A stretch of DNA of 64,000 nucleotides from Octopus bimaculoides. Its lineage: Eukaryota. Each line of letters begins with the position of its first letter. Position 1 is the first letter of the stretch. The DNA lies in contig NC_068996.1 of the NCBI RefSeq assembly GCF_001194135.2, positions 23,729,431 through 23,793,430 on the forward strand, read 5' to 3'. Of this stretch, positions 27,916-38,368 are shown one piece after another. The notes beneath the pieces were generated by a model. The model made no database searches and had not been told where the DNA came from. It saw only the letters and a list, made by a program, of their open reading frames with translations. The position numbers and the translations under genes are program-made.

Positions 27916-27965
27916 ATCAGGTAATACTAAGTGGTTGACTTAGTATTACTTGATGACTGATGTAA
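27905..27965 (+). repeat. 28-bp-arm hairpin with 5-nt loop
   Basis: ttacatcagtcatcaggtaatactaagt-ggttg-acttagtattacttgatgactgatgtaa; 27/28 Watson-Crick pairs. Confidence 0.95.
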
Positions 27966-28324
27966 GTAGACTGCAAATAGTCTTTTAACAGTGATCAACC
28001 TGTCATCAGTAATCAGTACTTTTGTGATGTGTATTTAATTTTGTTGGATTGCAGCAAATGGCATTGAAAAAGTGTTAGTAAAAAAAGGGGAGTGTTCTGG
28101 TCTAATATGTGCTAACCTGGGAAAAAGATGTAAAAATGAATTAAATATACGACAGCCATGGTTATATATGATCCTTTATGTTCGGAAACTTTATTCAGCC
28201 GAATAGCAAGTTTCGATGTTGAACTAGCAGATGCCTTCACCCTTTTGATACCAACCCGCCTGAGACCACTAATGCTTCCATGATACAAACTTAACTTTTT
28301 AGTGTGATCTAAGTTAAAACCTTC

Positions 28325-28577
28325 TGTGGTGTGATGGAGGAAAAAGACAAGAAGCAAAAGGACAGAATGAAACGTTGGACCTTACCTCGTAAACCGCAGC
28401 GGAGTAAACAATCGCTCTAGATCAAAACACGTCTTCCTCGTAAGCTCTCTGTCTTCTGACTGGCCCCATGTGCTGGCATTCGACAGCGTGTGTCCGACTT
28501 CCGGTCTGGCTTCACTTCCGTTTGCTTCATCTCTCTTCACCAACAACACATAGCTCATCACAGCCCATAACACCACA
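28325..28577. mobile_element. solo LTR-like insertion (253 bp)
   Basis: TG...CA termini with 12/13 inverted match (TGTGGTGTGATGG / CCATAACACCACA) and near-perfect 5-bp TSD (ccttc/cctcc). It interrupts a MITE whose empty site (aaaaccttccatcaaaa) is visible as the reverse complement at about 20262-20285. Confidence 0.75.
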
Positions 28578-28951
28578 CCTCCCATCAAAATTTCTTGTTA
28601 ATTTATGTTCCAAATACCAGAATGGACACCAAGACAATGGACAAGATCAAGAGGCCAACCAAAAACAGGATGGCAAGATAATCTCACCCATATCTGGGGT
28701 CTACATGGCTACAACTGGTCAGAGACAGATTAAATTATTCATTAATATCAAAATTAATTAAAACAAAGGCAGTGTAATTTCTTTAGAAATATAGTAACAA
28801 AAGGGTTAAATTGTCTTCATCAGCATGTAAATTGTATGCAGTGCTCCCAGTATTAATATAAAGATTATATCTTATCTCACACAAGTAAATTGGTCAAATT
28901 GCTTATATTATTCAAGAACTGTATTTAATATTCACTATTTGTAATGTTTGT

Positions 28952-29255
28952 GGAGGCACAATGGCCCAGTGGTTAGGGCAGCGGACTTGCGGTTGGAAAA
29001 TCGCAGTTTCAATTCCCAGACTGGGTGTTCTGTGTGCTTATTGAGCGAAAACACCTAAAGCTCCACGAGGCTCCAGCAGGGGGTGGTGGCAACCCCTGTT
29101 GTATTCTTTCGACCCAACTTTCTCTCACTCTTTCTTCCTGTTTCTTGAGTAAAAAGCTGCGATGGACTGGCGTCCTGTCCAGCTAGGGGGGAACACATAC
29201 ACCATGGAAACCAGGAAACCGGCCCTATGCTCCACAAGGGGCTGAGAGGATTTCC
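28952..29255 (+). mobile_element. tRNA-derived SINE, short-tail type B
   Basis: Same head and body as type A up to cttcctgtttc, then a different tail. 15-bp TSD atttgtaatgtttgt (28937-28951 / 29256-29270). Confidence 0.88.
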
Positions 29256-29795
29256 ATTTGTAATGTTTGTTCCTATGTCAGTTATCAAATCACAATAATT
29301 ATTAAGATAAGTTCATGTATGGTTTTATTATCAAGAAGTTTGCTTCCTAACTGATGAGGTTTCAGGTTCAATCTCATTCCGTGACACCTTGGACAAATAT
29401 CTTCAACTACAGCCCTTGGCTGACCAGTGCCTTGTGGGTGGATTTGGTTAGTGGAAACTGTGGAAGCCCTTTGTATTTGTAAATATATGTGTGTGTGTTT
29501 GTGTATGGTGTGAGTATGTGTGTGTGTGTGTGTGTGTGTGCGCACGCATGAGTTTTTGTGTCCCCTTGTCTTGACATCACATGGTACTTGTAGATAACTG
29601 TCACCATTACACGAGTAGTGTCATACCTTTCCAATTTTCCATGGAAACATGTCCAGCCATTTAGAAATATCACCACGCTTAGAAACTGCTGAGAATTGGT
29701 GACGGGAATGGCATCTGCTTGGATAAAATCTGGCTCAACAAATTTTGCTTGGAAAAGTAAATGTTAAAACAATGATAATAATGATGATATTTCTT

Positions 29796-29849
<54 letters not shown>

Positions 29850-30155
29850 CACCCCAAGATATATATATCCCAACCACCCAACTTGTAACGAAATTTACAT
29901 TGCTATGTTTTGAAAATCAGCCACCCAATCAAATTTAAATGCTTATTCGTTGATTTGAATTATATCACATAACATTATATTGCATGTACAATCACAATTT
30001 TAATTCAGTATTCATCACAATTTTCTGACGAACGGGAAGATGAAACTCTGATTAACAGTTTTGAGATAATTTTGCAGCTTTAATAAAAATATATTACTTT
30101 ATCTTTGGTATTCAAGTACTATTTTTTCCACCTTGTTTTGCACTTATGTGCATAC

Positions 30156-30246
<91 letters not shown>

Positions 30247-30767
30247 TATATACAAACATACATATACATGTATATATATATAATTTAATATAGACAGTCG
30301 TGTGCAATGTTTTACCAAAAAACGAAAAATATAATTATCACTAAATATGAATAGAGTGTTAAAACACCTACATTACTAGAAATAAGAGCTAAAAGGCTCT
30401 AAATGCTGTAGTTAAAGCACATAATTGTATACATGAGTACTGACAAGGACTGTAATCGCCCAAAAGCACTGGTCAAGAATTCCCTATACTGATTGGTCAG
30501 TTTTGGCTAATTCTGTAGCCTCATCAGTAGGGACTGCTCAACTCGGCTGATTCCAGACTTGCTTCTCTGTCAATACATATGTATTCACCATAAAAATCTA
30601 TGGATGATTTAGTGAATCGCTAATGTGAATACAATAATTTAATATAGACAGCTGTGTGTAATTTTCTACCAAAAGGAGAAGCTATAATTGTCACTATATA
30701 TGTTTATTTCTACATTGCTAGAAATAAGAGCTAAAAACACTAATGCTGTAGTTAAAGTACATAACTG

Positions 30768-30816
<49 letters not shown>

Positions 30817-30927
30817 ACACACACACACAAATATATATGTGCGTGTGTATGTAATAAATCACTTTTGTCATTCTAATACTTTTAATATTGGTTAATTTCT
30901 TAATTTTTGGGTTTTTTTTTGTTTCAG

Positions 30928-30980
30928 ATATTTTGCTCTTTATAAAGGCTTAGTCCCAAAAGTTCTCCGACTTGGACCAG
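30928..30980 (+). CDS. SLC25A21: SLC25A21 coding exon (53 nt, phase 2-1): YFALYKGLVPKVLRLGP(G)
   Basis: ttttgtttcag acceptor and GTATTT donor at 30981. ALYKGLVPKVLRLGPG motif, in frame with flanking exons. Confidence 0.95.
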
Positions 30981-31054
30981 GTATTTGAAATATATTTTTT
31001 GCTTACCTTGTTTTTCCACTGTATATAAATATAAAAATTGTTCATTGTATCAGC

Positions 31055-32600
31055 AAGGACATCAGGATGAGTATGAGATTGGACAAATATGCCAAAGTGT
31101 CATTTAGAAGAAGTAAATTAATCAATACTAAAAACACTTCACTCAACATAGACACAGAAATCAAAGAATTAGATGACAATTGCCCATACAAGACAAAATA
31201 GCTAAAGTACAACACACAGAAATGGAAAAGAAAATTAGGAGAGAATATTATAGAAGAGTTAGACTAATATTAAACACTGAACTCAATGCTAAAAATAAGA
31301 TAATAGGGATAAACACACTAGCCATATCAGTCATAAATTACAACTTCAACATAATGAACTGGAAGATTAGTGAATTGCGAAACTTGGTTAGAAAAACCAG
31401 AAAACTTTTAACAGTATACTGAACTCACCACCCCAAAGCAGATACAGACATAATATATCTACCCTGCTCAGATGGAGAATGCAGCCTGATACAGATAGAG
31501 AACTACTATAGATAACAACAGTTGAACTAAAGAAATACTTAAAAACAAAAAGTGGGTGACTACTACTTGTAATAAAGCAACACAAAAAAAAAAAAAAGAA
31601 AATGCTTTTCTTTATATACGAGGAAGCAACAAAATACTAAACAAAAACAAACTACACTGATACACTGATTTCAGATGATAACATAGCCAAAATGGTCAAA
31701 GAGATAAAAACAACATGAAAATAGAATTACAAAAGACACTGAAGAAGAAACGGAGAGAAAAGTTACTCAATGGTAAATACCATGCAAGGCTTCACAGATA
31801 AGAAGTGAGCCTATGTAAAAGCCAACAATGGCTCAACAATGGCTAAAAGCTGAAATGGAAGGACTGATTCTTGCTGCACAAGATCAATGCCTAACTACAA
31901 ACAATTATAAAAGTAAAATAATGAAAACAGGCCCTAACACCAAATGCAGTATGTGCAACCAGCACAATGAGACAGTTGACCACATCATTTCTGGCTGTCT
32001 AGTCCTAGCCAAATCTGAACATATGCAGACATGACTAAGTAGTTATATCCACTGGGCAATATGCCAATGCTACAACATTGAAAACTAAGTCACAATCATC
32101 TAGCAGATGCCTTTTCAAACTGACTAAGAAATAAAAGCTAATTACTCAGATATAATAATCAAGGATTGGAAAAAAAACACCTGCTTACTGGTAGACATTG
32201 CAGTCCTTTCTGACCAAAATATTGCCCCCAAAAGAAGTGGAGAAGTTGTCAAAGTACAAAGACCTCAAAATTGAAGATGTAAGGCATGAAGGTGAAAACA
32301 ATACTAGTAATAATTGGAGCATCGGGTGTGAACAAAAACGTAGAAGCTACACCTGGACTCTCAACATTACCCAAAAAATAGCCCTGCTAGGAATAGGCCA
32401 CATCCTACATATGACACACTCTATACAGTAAATATGCAATAAAATAAATAGTCCTTATAACATGTATTCTACAGGCTGGATACCGAACAGAAGAACACAA
32501 CTTGCACTAATTACACAATACAAACACTAATACAACCAAACCTCATGACATAACAACCTAATGCAATACAATACTTGGAAGAGTTTTAACTCCCCCAACA
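31055..32600 (+). mobile_element. R4/Dong-like non-LTR retrotransposon fragment in the last SLC25A21 intron
   Basis: NAKNKIIGINTLA (RT C-terminus), EGLILAAQDQ, CCHC knuckle CSMC...ETVDHIISGC and REL-type KEVEKLSKYKDL. Multiple stops and frameshifts. Confidence 0.85.
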
Positions 32601-33022
32601 GCAAAAAAGAGCACAATGCTGCACACATCTCAGCAACATGAAGGTGTAGCAAGTGATGCAGTAGAAATTTGCTTGAAATTATCAAATGTCAAATAATAAT
32701 AATAACAATGGAATCTCCTGTTGAAGACGATGTATGAGAGTTCAGCTTTTGCCAAATGACCTACACAAATGATTTGTTTACAGTGATCAAATGTTCGTGG
32801 TGCACATTTGCTTACTCTCTTCATCAAATTAACATTGCCTGAACAGGTGCATGGTGTACCATGTGTTAAGTGTGGAAATGATCACAGAGCAATGTGAGGT
32901 GAAGTGTTTTGCTCAAGAACACAATACACCACCCTGTCTAAGATTTGAAACCATGATCTTACAGTTGTAAGTGCAACATCCTAACCACTAGGCTATGTGC
33001 CCTCATAATAATGATGATGATG

Positions 33023-33098
<76 letters not shown>

Positions 33099-33241
33099 TG
33101 ATGATGATTTCAAATTTTGGCACAAAGCCAGGAATTTCAGGGGAGGGGGTAAGTCGATTATATTGACCCCAGTACTCTACTGGTACTTATTTTATCAACC
33201 TCAAAAGGATGAAAGGCAAAGTCAATCTTATGAGAATTTGA

Positions 33242-33279
<38 letters not shown>

Positions 33280-33566
33280 TAAGCGGAATGGGTTACTCGA
33301 CCTGAAGAAAACTCTAAGTGGACCTCACCTGCAAGGTGTTTATGTTGATATGAAATTGTCGTGCATATATGGTTGTGATGCATTACCTGGTGTACCCTTA
33401 TCAGATGGGTATATTTTACCCAAGTGCCACTTTGATGGCATATGCTGCTCTCTCATTAAATTATAATAAAAATTAAATATGATAATAATAGTGATATTTA
33501 AATTTAAAAAAAAAAACAAATAAATGGAAAGTATTTCTGTTAACTGCGTTTTCTGTCTTTTTCCAG

Positions 33567-33628
33567 GTGCTGCCATAATGATGATTGTCTATGAGCATGT
33601 CTTTGACTGGCTGAAGAAATTTATCTAA
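33567..33628 (+). CDS. SLC25A21: SLC25A21 terminal coding exon: (G)AAIMMIVYEHVFDWLKKFI*
   Basis: tctttttccag acceptor, in-frame TAA at 33626-33628, and typical sixth-helix carrier C-terminus. Confidence 0.95.
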
Positions 33629-33789
33629 TCTTAGATTTATATTCTCAATATTTTTATAATTATTCCGTGACAAATCCCTATTTTTTTTCTAAATGGTGAT
33701 TGATTTATTCCTCCTTTTTGCTGAATCTTTGCGTACCAGTTCCACTTTACTCAGGGATCAGTTTATTCCAGTGCTAATTTATTTGGGGA

Positions 33790-34012
33790 TTATCTCACAC
33801 AGTGAGATAACCACATACAAAAGTGAGTTAATCACCACCTGCAACTGTGAGATATCCATATGGCAGAAAATAGTACATGGCTGAGATAGTCACATGTCAA
33901 GGTGAGATAATCCTACATGCCAATATAAGATAATCACACACCAAGATGAAATAAATGCATATCAGTGATATCTTATGGCTGAGGTAACCACATGCCAAGG
34001 GGAGATAATCGC
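33790..34012 (+). repeat. degenerate ~21-bp tandem repeat downstream of the SLC25A21 stop
   Basis: About nine (G/C)TGAGATAA(T/C)CACATGCCAAG-like units starting at 33802, 33823, 33847, 33881, 33902, 33925, 33946, 33979 and 34000. Confidence 0.75.
33950..33955 (+). promoter_or_regulatory. possible polyadenylation signal (AATAAA) for SLC25A21
   Basis: First AATAAA hexamer I noticed after the stop codon (about 320 nt downstream). The hexamer is common in AT-rich DNA and there is no transcript evidence. Confidence 0.2.
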
Positions 34013-35040
34013 TAAATTTTATTCATTTCGTGAAACTTTTTTTTTAATGTCTGTCTTGAGCCTATACACCCATTATTACTCTGATTTTCATGGCATTTAA
34101 GAAGCTACCAAGAGTATAGGACCCCTCCTCTCCCACACACTGAATGGAATATTAGTCCACTGCAAGTTTAACCTACTTCCTGGCTGCTGCTGCAACTACT
34201 CACTTTCAATTGAATGGACTGAAACCAATGTAAAATGAAGACCCTTGCTCAAAGACATTATATTTCCCAGTCCAAAAATTGAAGCCAGGACCTAACATTT
34301 GTGAGCCCAACAATGAAATCACTTACCCAAATGCCTTTCACTTAACAAGACTAAGATTTAGTAAATTTTTTGACATTGCTTAGAGTCTCTAATCACTTCG
34401 TTACAATCCTATTTCTCATAAAATGGAAAACTATCTTTCAAAAAGTTTCTTAGTTTTATGAGAAAATACCAATAATTTTCCATCCATCCATCTTTTCTGT
34501 CTATTCTTGAGAAGGTCATGTAGGTACAGTCCTCAAGCACCTCCTCCATAGGGCCATAATGTGCTATCTGATATAATGATCATTACACTTTCCATCTGGA
34601 TTCCAAAGCAAAACAAACTGAGACTATGGATATTATCTAACCATTTTATTTTTGGCCTATCCTTAGGTCTTCAGTCAGTTGGCTTGACTTGAAGAATCCA
34701 TCTTGCAATTCTTTCCTGCGACATCCTAATCACATGTCTGTAGTACCAGGGTTGTAACTTCTCAATGCAGAGAAGTAGCTGATTGACCTGGAGGGACTCC
34801 CTGATCTCTAAGCTGTACACCCTGTTGAGTAATATTACTCAATAATCCATCAGAGGAACCCCATTTTGGCCACTTGTATTTAGACTGCACTCTTTCAGTC
34901 ATTACCCAACATTTATGACTGTAAGTGAGGATAGGCAGGATGACTAAATTAAATTAATTATATAATTATATAATCAACAAATTACTTAATTCTCAAAATA
35001 CTTTTGTCTATCAAAAATTAAGAACAAAAGTAAATCTTAA

Positions 35041-35254
35041 CCCATTAGCATTTAATCTGGCCATATCTGGCCAAAATATTCTACTCGCTTTATGTTCAAA
35101 TTGGCCACATCTGACATCTCACACCTACCCTACAATGATATTTTGAACATAAACAATCACATTATTGAAATCTCAAGGCTACAAGATAATCCAGAATAAA
35201 TTCAAAATAATGTGAATATATTATATTTGACAGTATAATCTGAACGCTAAAGGG
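35041..35254. mobile_element. piggyBac-type MITE (TTAA-flanked); relatives at about 3555-3730 and 39060-39270
   Basis: TTAA|CCCATTAGC ... GCTAAAGGG|TTAA, 214 bp, non-coding. Confidence 0.8.
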
Positions 35255-35791
35255 TTAAAATGGATGATTGATTTCATTTTTCAAACCCTTTGCAAATGAA
35301 GTGTATTTTCTTCCATTAGCTACAAGTTTTAGAATATGAAATAGGATTTTATGTTTCAAATTGAACATCCCTTGTATGAGCTCACTAGTCAGGGAAGGAC
35401 TGCAATGGATATAGTCTCAGACTCACTTAACTGGAATAAATACTAATTTCTCATAGAAACAAGATCTTTACAGGAATGGTACAGTTGATTCTGTTGATCT
35501 GTTGAAAAAAATAACTGCTAAATCTCCCTTAAATCATACATGACCTTCTTTTAAACAAGGAAAAATACTAGATTATCTAGTCCCATATGTCCCTACAAAT
35601 ACAGGCTGGTTATATGGCTGGATTGCTTTTGATCATAGGTTTGCACAGTTGGAGCTGACCTGGAACTAAACAACAATAACAGCAACTACATCAATTGCAA
35701 TTGTGAAAAAGCAAAACTGACCAGGGTGCAGATTGTACTCAGAATATAAATTGACGAAACTGTATACTTTTGTAAAACGTTATTATTTTTT

Positions 35792-35826
35792 TTACTCTCT
35801 CAGTTCATGTATTAATCGTTCTCGGA
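35792..35826 (-). CDS. candidate terminal exon of the same gene: (I)RERLIHELRE*
   Basis: Acceptor ttataattatttAG, phase-compatible with the 49-nt exon, TAA at 35792-35794. A competing AG 14 nt upstream weakens the model. Confidence 0.35.
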
Positions 35827-35996
35827 CTAAATAATTATAACTATATACAAAAAAGTCAAGATTTTGTTGCTTAACTTTATTGGTTTACGAATGACTCATA
35901 AACAGATTCATATACAATGAGAGAAGGTAGTAAATTCTTCCTGGAACTTCTTTTTTTTATATGTAATTTGTTTGTATTTATTGGAGCAGCTTTTAC

Positions 35997-36045
35997 TTTC
36001 AGGGAGCCCTTCAAATTCAAATACATTCCATATTTCATAAAAGTC
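35997..36045 (-). CDS. candidate coding exon of an unidentified convergent gene (49 nt): DFYEIWNVFEFEGLPE+1
   Basis: Minus-strand acceptor ataattttaatgtAG and donor GTAAAA. Open frame in sequence I could not assign to a repeat; splices in frame to 35792-35826 across a 170-nt GT-AG intron. No homologue recognised. Confidence 0.4.
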
Positions 36046-36096
36046 CTACATTAAAATTATTATATAGCTATCTATATATCATAGTTAATGTATATA

Positions 36097-36161
36097 CACT
36101 GTTCATAGGCCAGTTACTGCAGTTTTCCTCGAAGATAAAATCTCTTATTGTCTACTTCTAA

Positions 36162-36209
<48 letters not shown>

Positions 36210-36296
36210 TGTCTCCTTCCAATGCACATTGTGTTTTTAAACAGAGCACATCTATAAGAGATTTTATCTTGGAGGAAAACTGGCCTATGAACAGTG
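36097..36296. mobile_element. TA-flanked MITE with long TIRs
   Basis: CACTGTTCATAGGCCAGTT...TTCCTCGAAGATAAAATCTCTTAT vs ATAAGAGATTTTATCTTGGAGGAAAACTGGCCTATGAACAGTG, with TA on both sides and internal (CA)n. Confidence 0.8.
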
Positions 36297-36309
36297 TATA
36301 TACATTTCT

Positions 36310-36606
36310 TTTCTTTCACCCTTTCAAAGCCTAGCCAGGCTCATGGACTCAGTTTCCCGGTTTCTATGGCATATGTGTTCCCCCCACCTGGACGGGATGC
36401 CAGTCCATCGTAGCTTTTTACTCAAGAAACAGGAAGAAAGAGTGAGAGAAAGTTGCGGTGGAAGAGTACAGCAGGGTTCGCCACCATCCCCTGCCGGAGC
36501 CTTGTAGAGCTTTAGGTGTTTTCACTCAATAAACACTCACAATGCCCGGTCTGGGAATCGAAACCGCGAGTCCGCTGTCCTAACCACCGGGCCATTGCAC
36601 CTCCAC
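36310..36606 (-). mobile_element. tRNA-derived SINE, type B
   Basis: Reverse complement matches 28952-29255, including the gatggactggc tail. 14-nt deletion between tcgcggt repeats in the head. Confidence 0.85.
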
Positions 36607-36899
36607 ATTACATTAACTATGATATATAGATGGCTATATAATAATTTAGGGCACATGGCCTAGTGGTTAGGGTGTTGCACTCATGATCTAGCGATTAATC
36701 TCACATTGCTCTGTGATCACTTCGACACCTTGACACATGGCAAACTGTGTACCTGTTCTGACAACATCGATTTGATGGAGGGAGTGTTTTCCTTGGTATA
36801 GAGTTCAGAATAATGTTCCACCCATATCCCCAACTGCTCTCTTTTGCTCTTGATGACTTCCCCTGTTCTGGATTTGAGGGGAGCTATCTTGCTCTGGGT

Positions 36900-37285
36900 G
36901 GAGGCGCAATGGCCCAGTGGTTAGGGCAGCGGACCCATGGTCATAGGATCGTGGTTTCGATTCCCAGACCGGGCGTTGTGAGTGTTTATTGAGCAAAAAC
37001 ACCTAAAACTCCACAAGGCTCCGGCAGGGGATGGTGGCGAACCCTGCTGTACTCTTCCACCACAACTTTCTCTCACTCTTACTTCCTGTTTCTGTTGTGC
37101 CTGTAATTCAAAGGGGTCAGCCTTGTCACACTGTATCATGCTGAATATTCCCGAGAACTACGTTAAGGGTACACGTGTCTGTGGAGTGCTCAGCCACTTG
37201 CACGTTAATTTCACGAGCAGACTGTTCCGTTGATCAGATCAACTGGAACCCTCGACGTCGTAAGCGACGGAGTGCTAACAACAAC
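36900..37285 (+). mobile_element. tRNA-derived SINE, long-tail type A
   Basis: A box TGGCCCAGTGG, B box GGTTTCGATTCCC, (AAC)n tail and 14-bp TSD atcttgctctgggt (36886-36899 / 37286-37299). Confidence 0.9.
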
Positions 37286-37429
37286 ATCTTGCTCTGGGTT
37301 GGGTCAATGGGTTTCTTGATGTCCTCATGCATTCTGCAAGTGTTGCCTGTATCAAACAACAGTTGGGTATCTACACACAGTTGTAACTGGTAGATAGCTA
37401 TATATAGTTGTAACCAGGGTGCACCAGGT

Positions 37430-38135
37430 ACTTGTCAGAGAAATGTTGTTCACAGATGATGTAGCATGACAGTGCACTCTGAGGAGCAAATGCAGCACCT
37501 TGTGGACAAACTCTCAAAGGCCTGTCAGGAATTCAGTCTGAAGAAGACCAAAATACTGGGCAAGGTACCAAGCACCCCACCACCATCATCACCATCAGCA
37601 GCTACAAGCTGGAGGTAATCCATGAGTTCACCTATCTTAACTCTACCATTACTGATGACCTCTCCCTGGATCCTGAAATCAACAGGTGAATTTGACAAGC
37701 ATCCTCCACGTTTGCCAGGCTCACGAAGAGAGTCTGGGGAAACAGAAAACTGGATGCATACACCAATATTGCTGTCTATAAGGTGTGCATCCTTAATACG
37801 ATACTTTATGGCAGTGAGCTGCAGAGCCTCTGCTCTAGACAGGAGCAGCGTCTCAACGTTTTGTACCTTCATAATTAGAGATGCATCTTGGATATCAGAT
37901 GGACCAACCACATCACCAACACTGACGTCCTCAGCTGCGCCAAGATACCCAGTTCAAGCAGCGCTATCTGCACTGGCTCGGTCATGTACATCATACAGTG
38001 GATGAGAAGATCCCAAAAGACCACCTGTATGGGGAATTGGCCACCAGCTCAAGAGCAAGACAACAGCCTCATCTTCATTTCAAGGACGTCTGCAGGAGAG
38101 ATATAAAGTCACTTGGTCTGGATGTCCAGAGGTGT
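37430..38135 (+). mobile_element. RTE/BovB-like LINE fragment
   Basis: MLFTDD (decayed FADD), AVYKVCILNTILYGSE and IPKDHLYGEL...PHLHFKDVCRRDIK are RTE-clade C-terminal motifs. Confidence 0.8.
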
Positions 38136-38224
38136 CAAGTGGTGGTGGGGACAAACACATACACAAAGACACACACACACAAAGACACACACACAAAGAC
38201 ACACACACACAAAGACACACACAC

Positions 38225-38368
38225 ATACGATGGGCTGTCTACCAAATCCACTCACAAGGCCTTGGTCAGCCTGAAGGTAAAGTAAAAGACACTTGTCTAA
38301 GGTGCCACACAGTGGGACTGAACCCAAAACGATGTGGCTGGGAAACAAGCTTCTTACCACACAGCCAC
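38225..38368 (-). mobile_element. third SINE family, representative copy (others at about 5210-5320, 13400-13540, 15612-15790, 19960-20105, 21040-21115, 26960-27120, 29320-29480, 44590-44750, 46130-46280, 59145-59295)
   Basis: Shared gtgtggtaagaagcttgcttcccaa...ggcaagtgtcttctactatagcc...ccttgtgagtggatttggtagacggaaactg sequence, ending in (TG)n/(TA)n. Confidence 0.8.

Noticed and set aside
36900-36975. tRNA-like sequences with A and B boxes (also 25673, 28952, 55108)
   Set aside because: They are SINE heads followed by a shared body, tail and TSDs, with no convincing cloverleaf; not functional tRNA genes.
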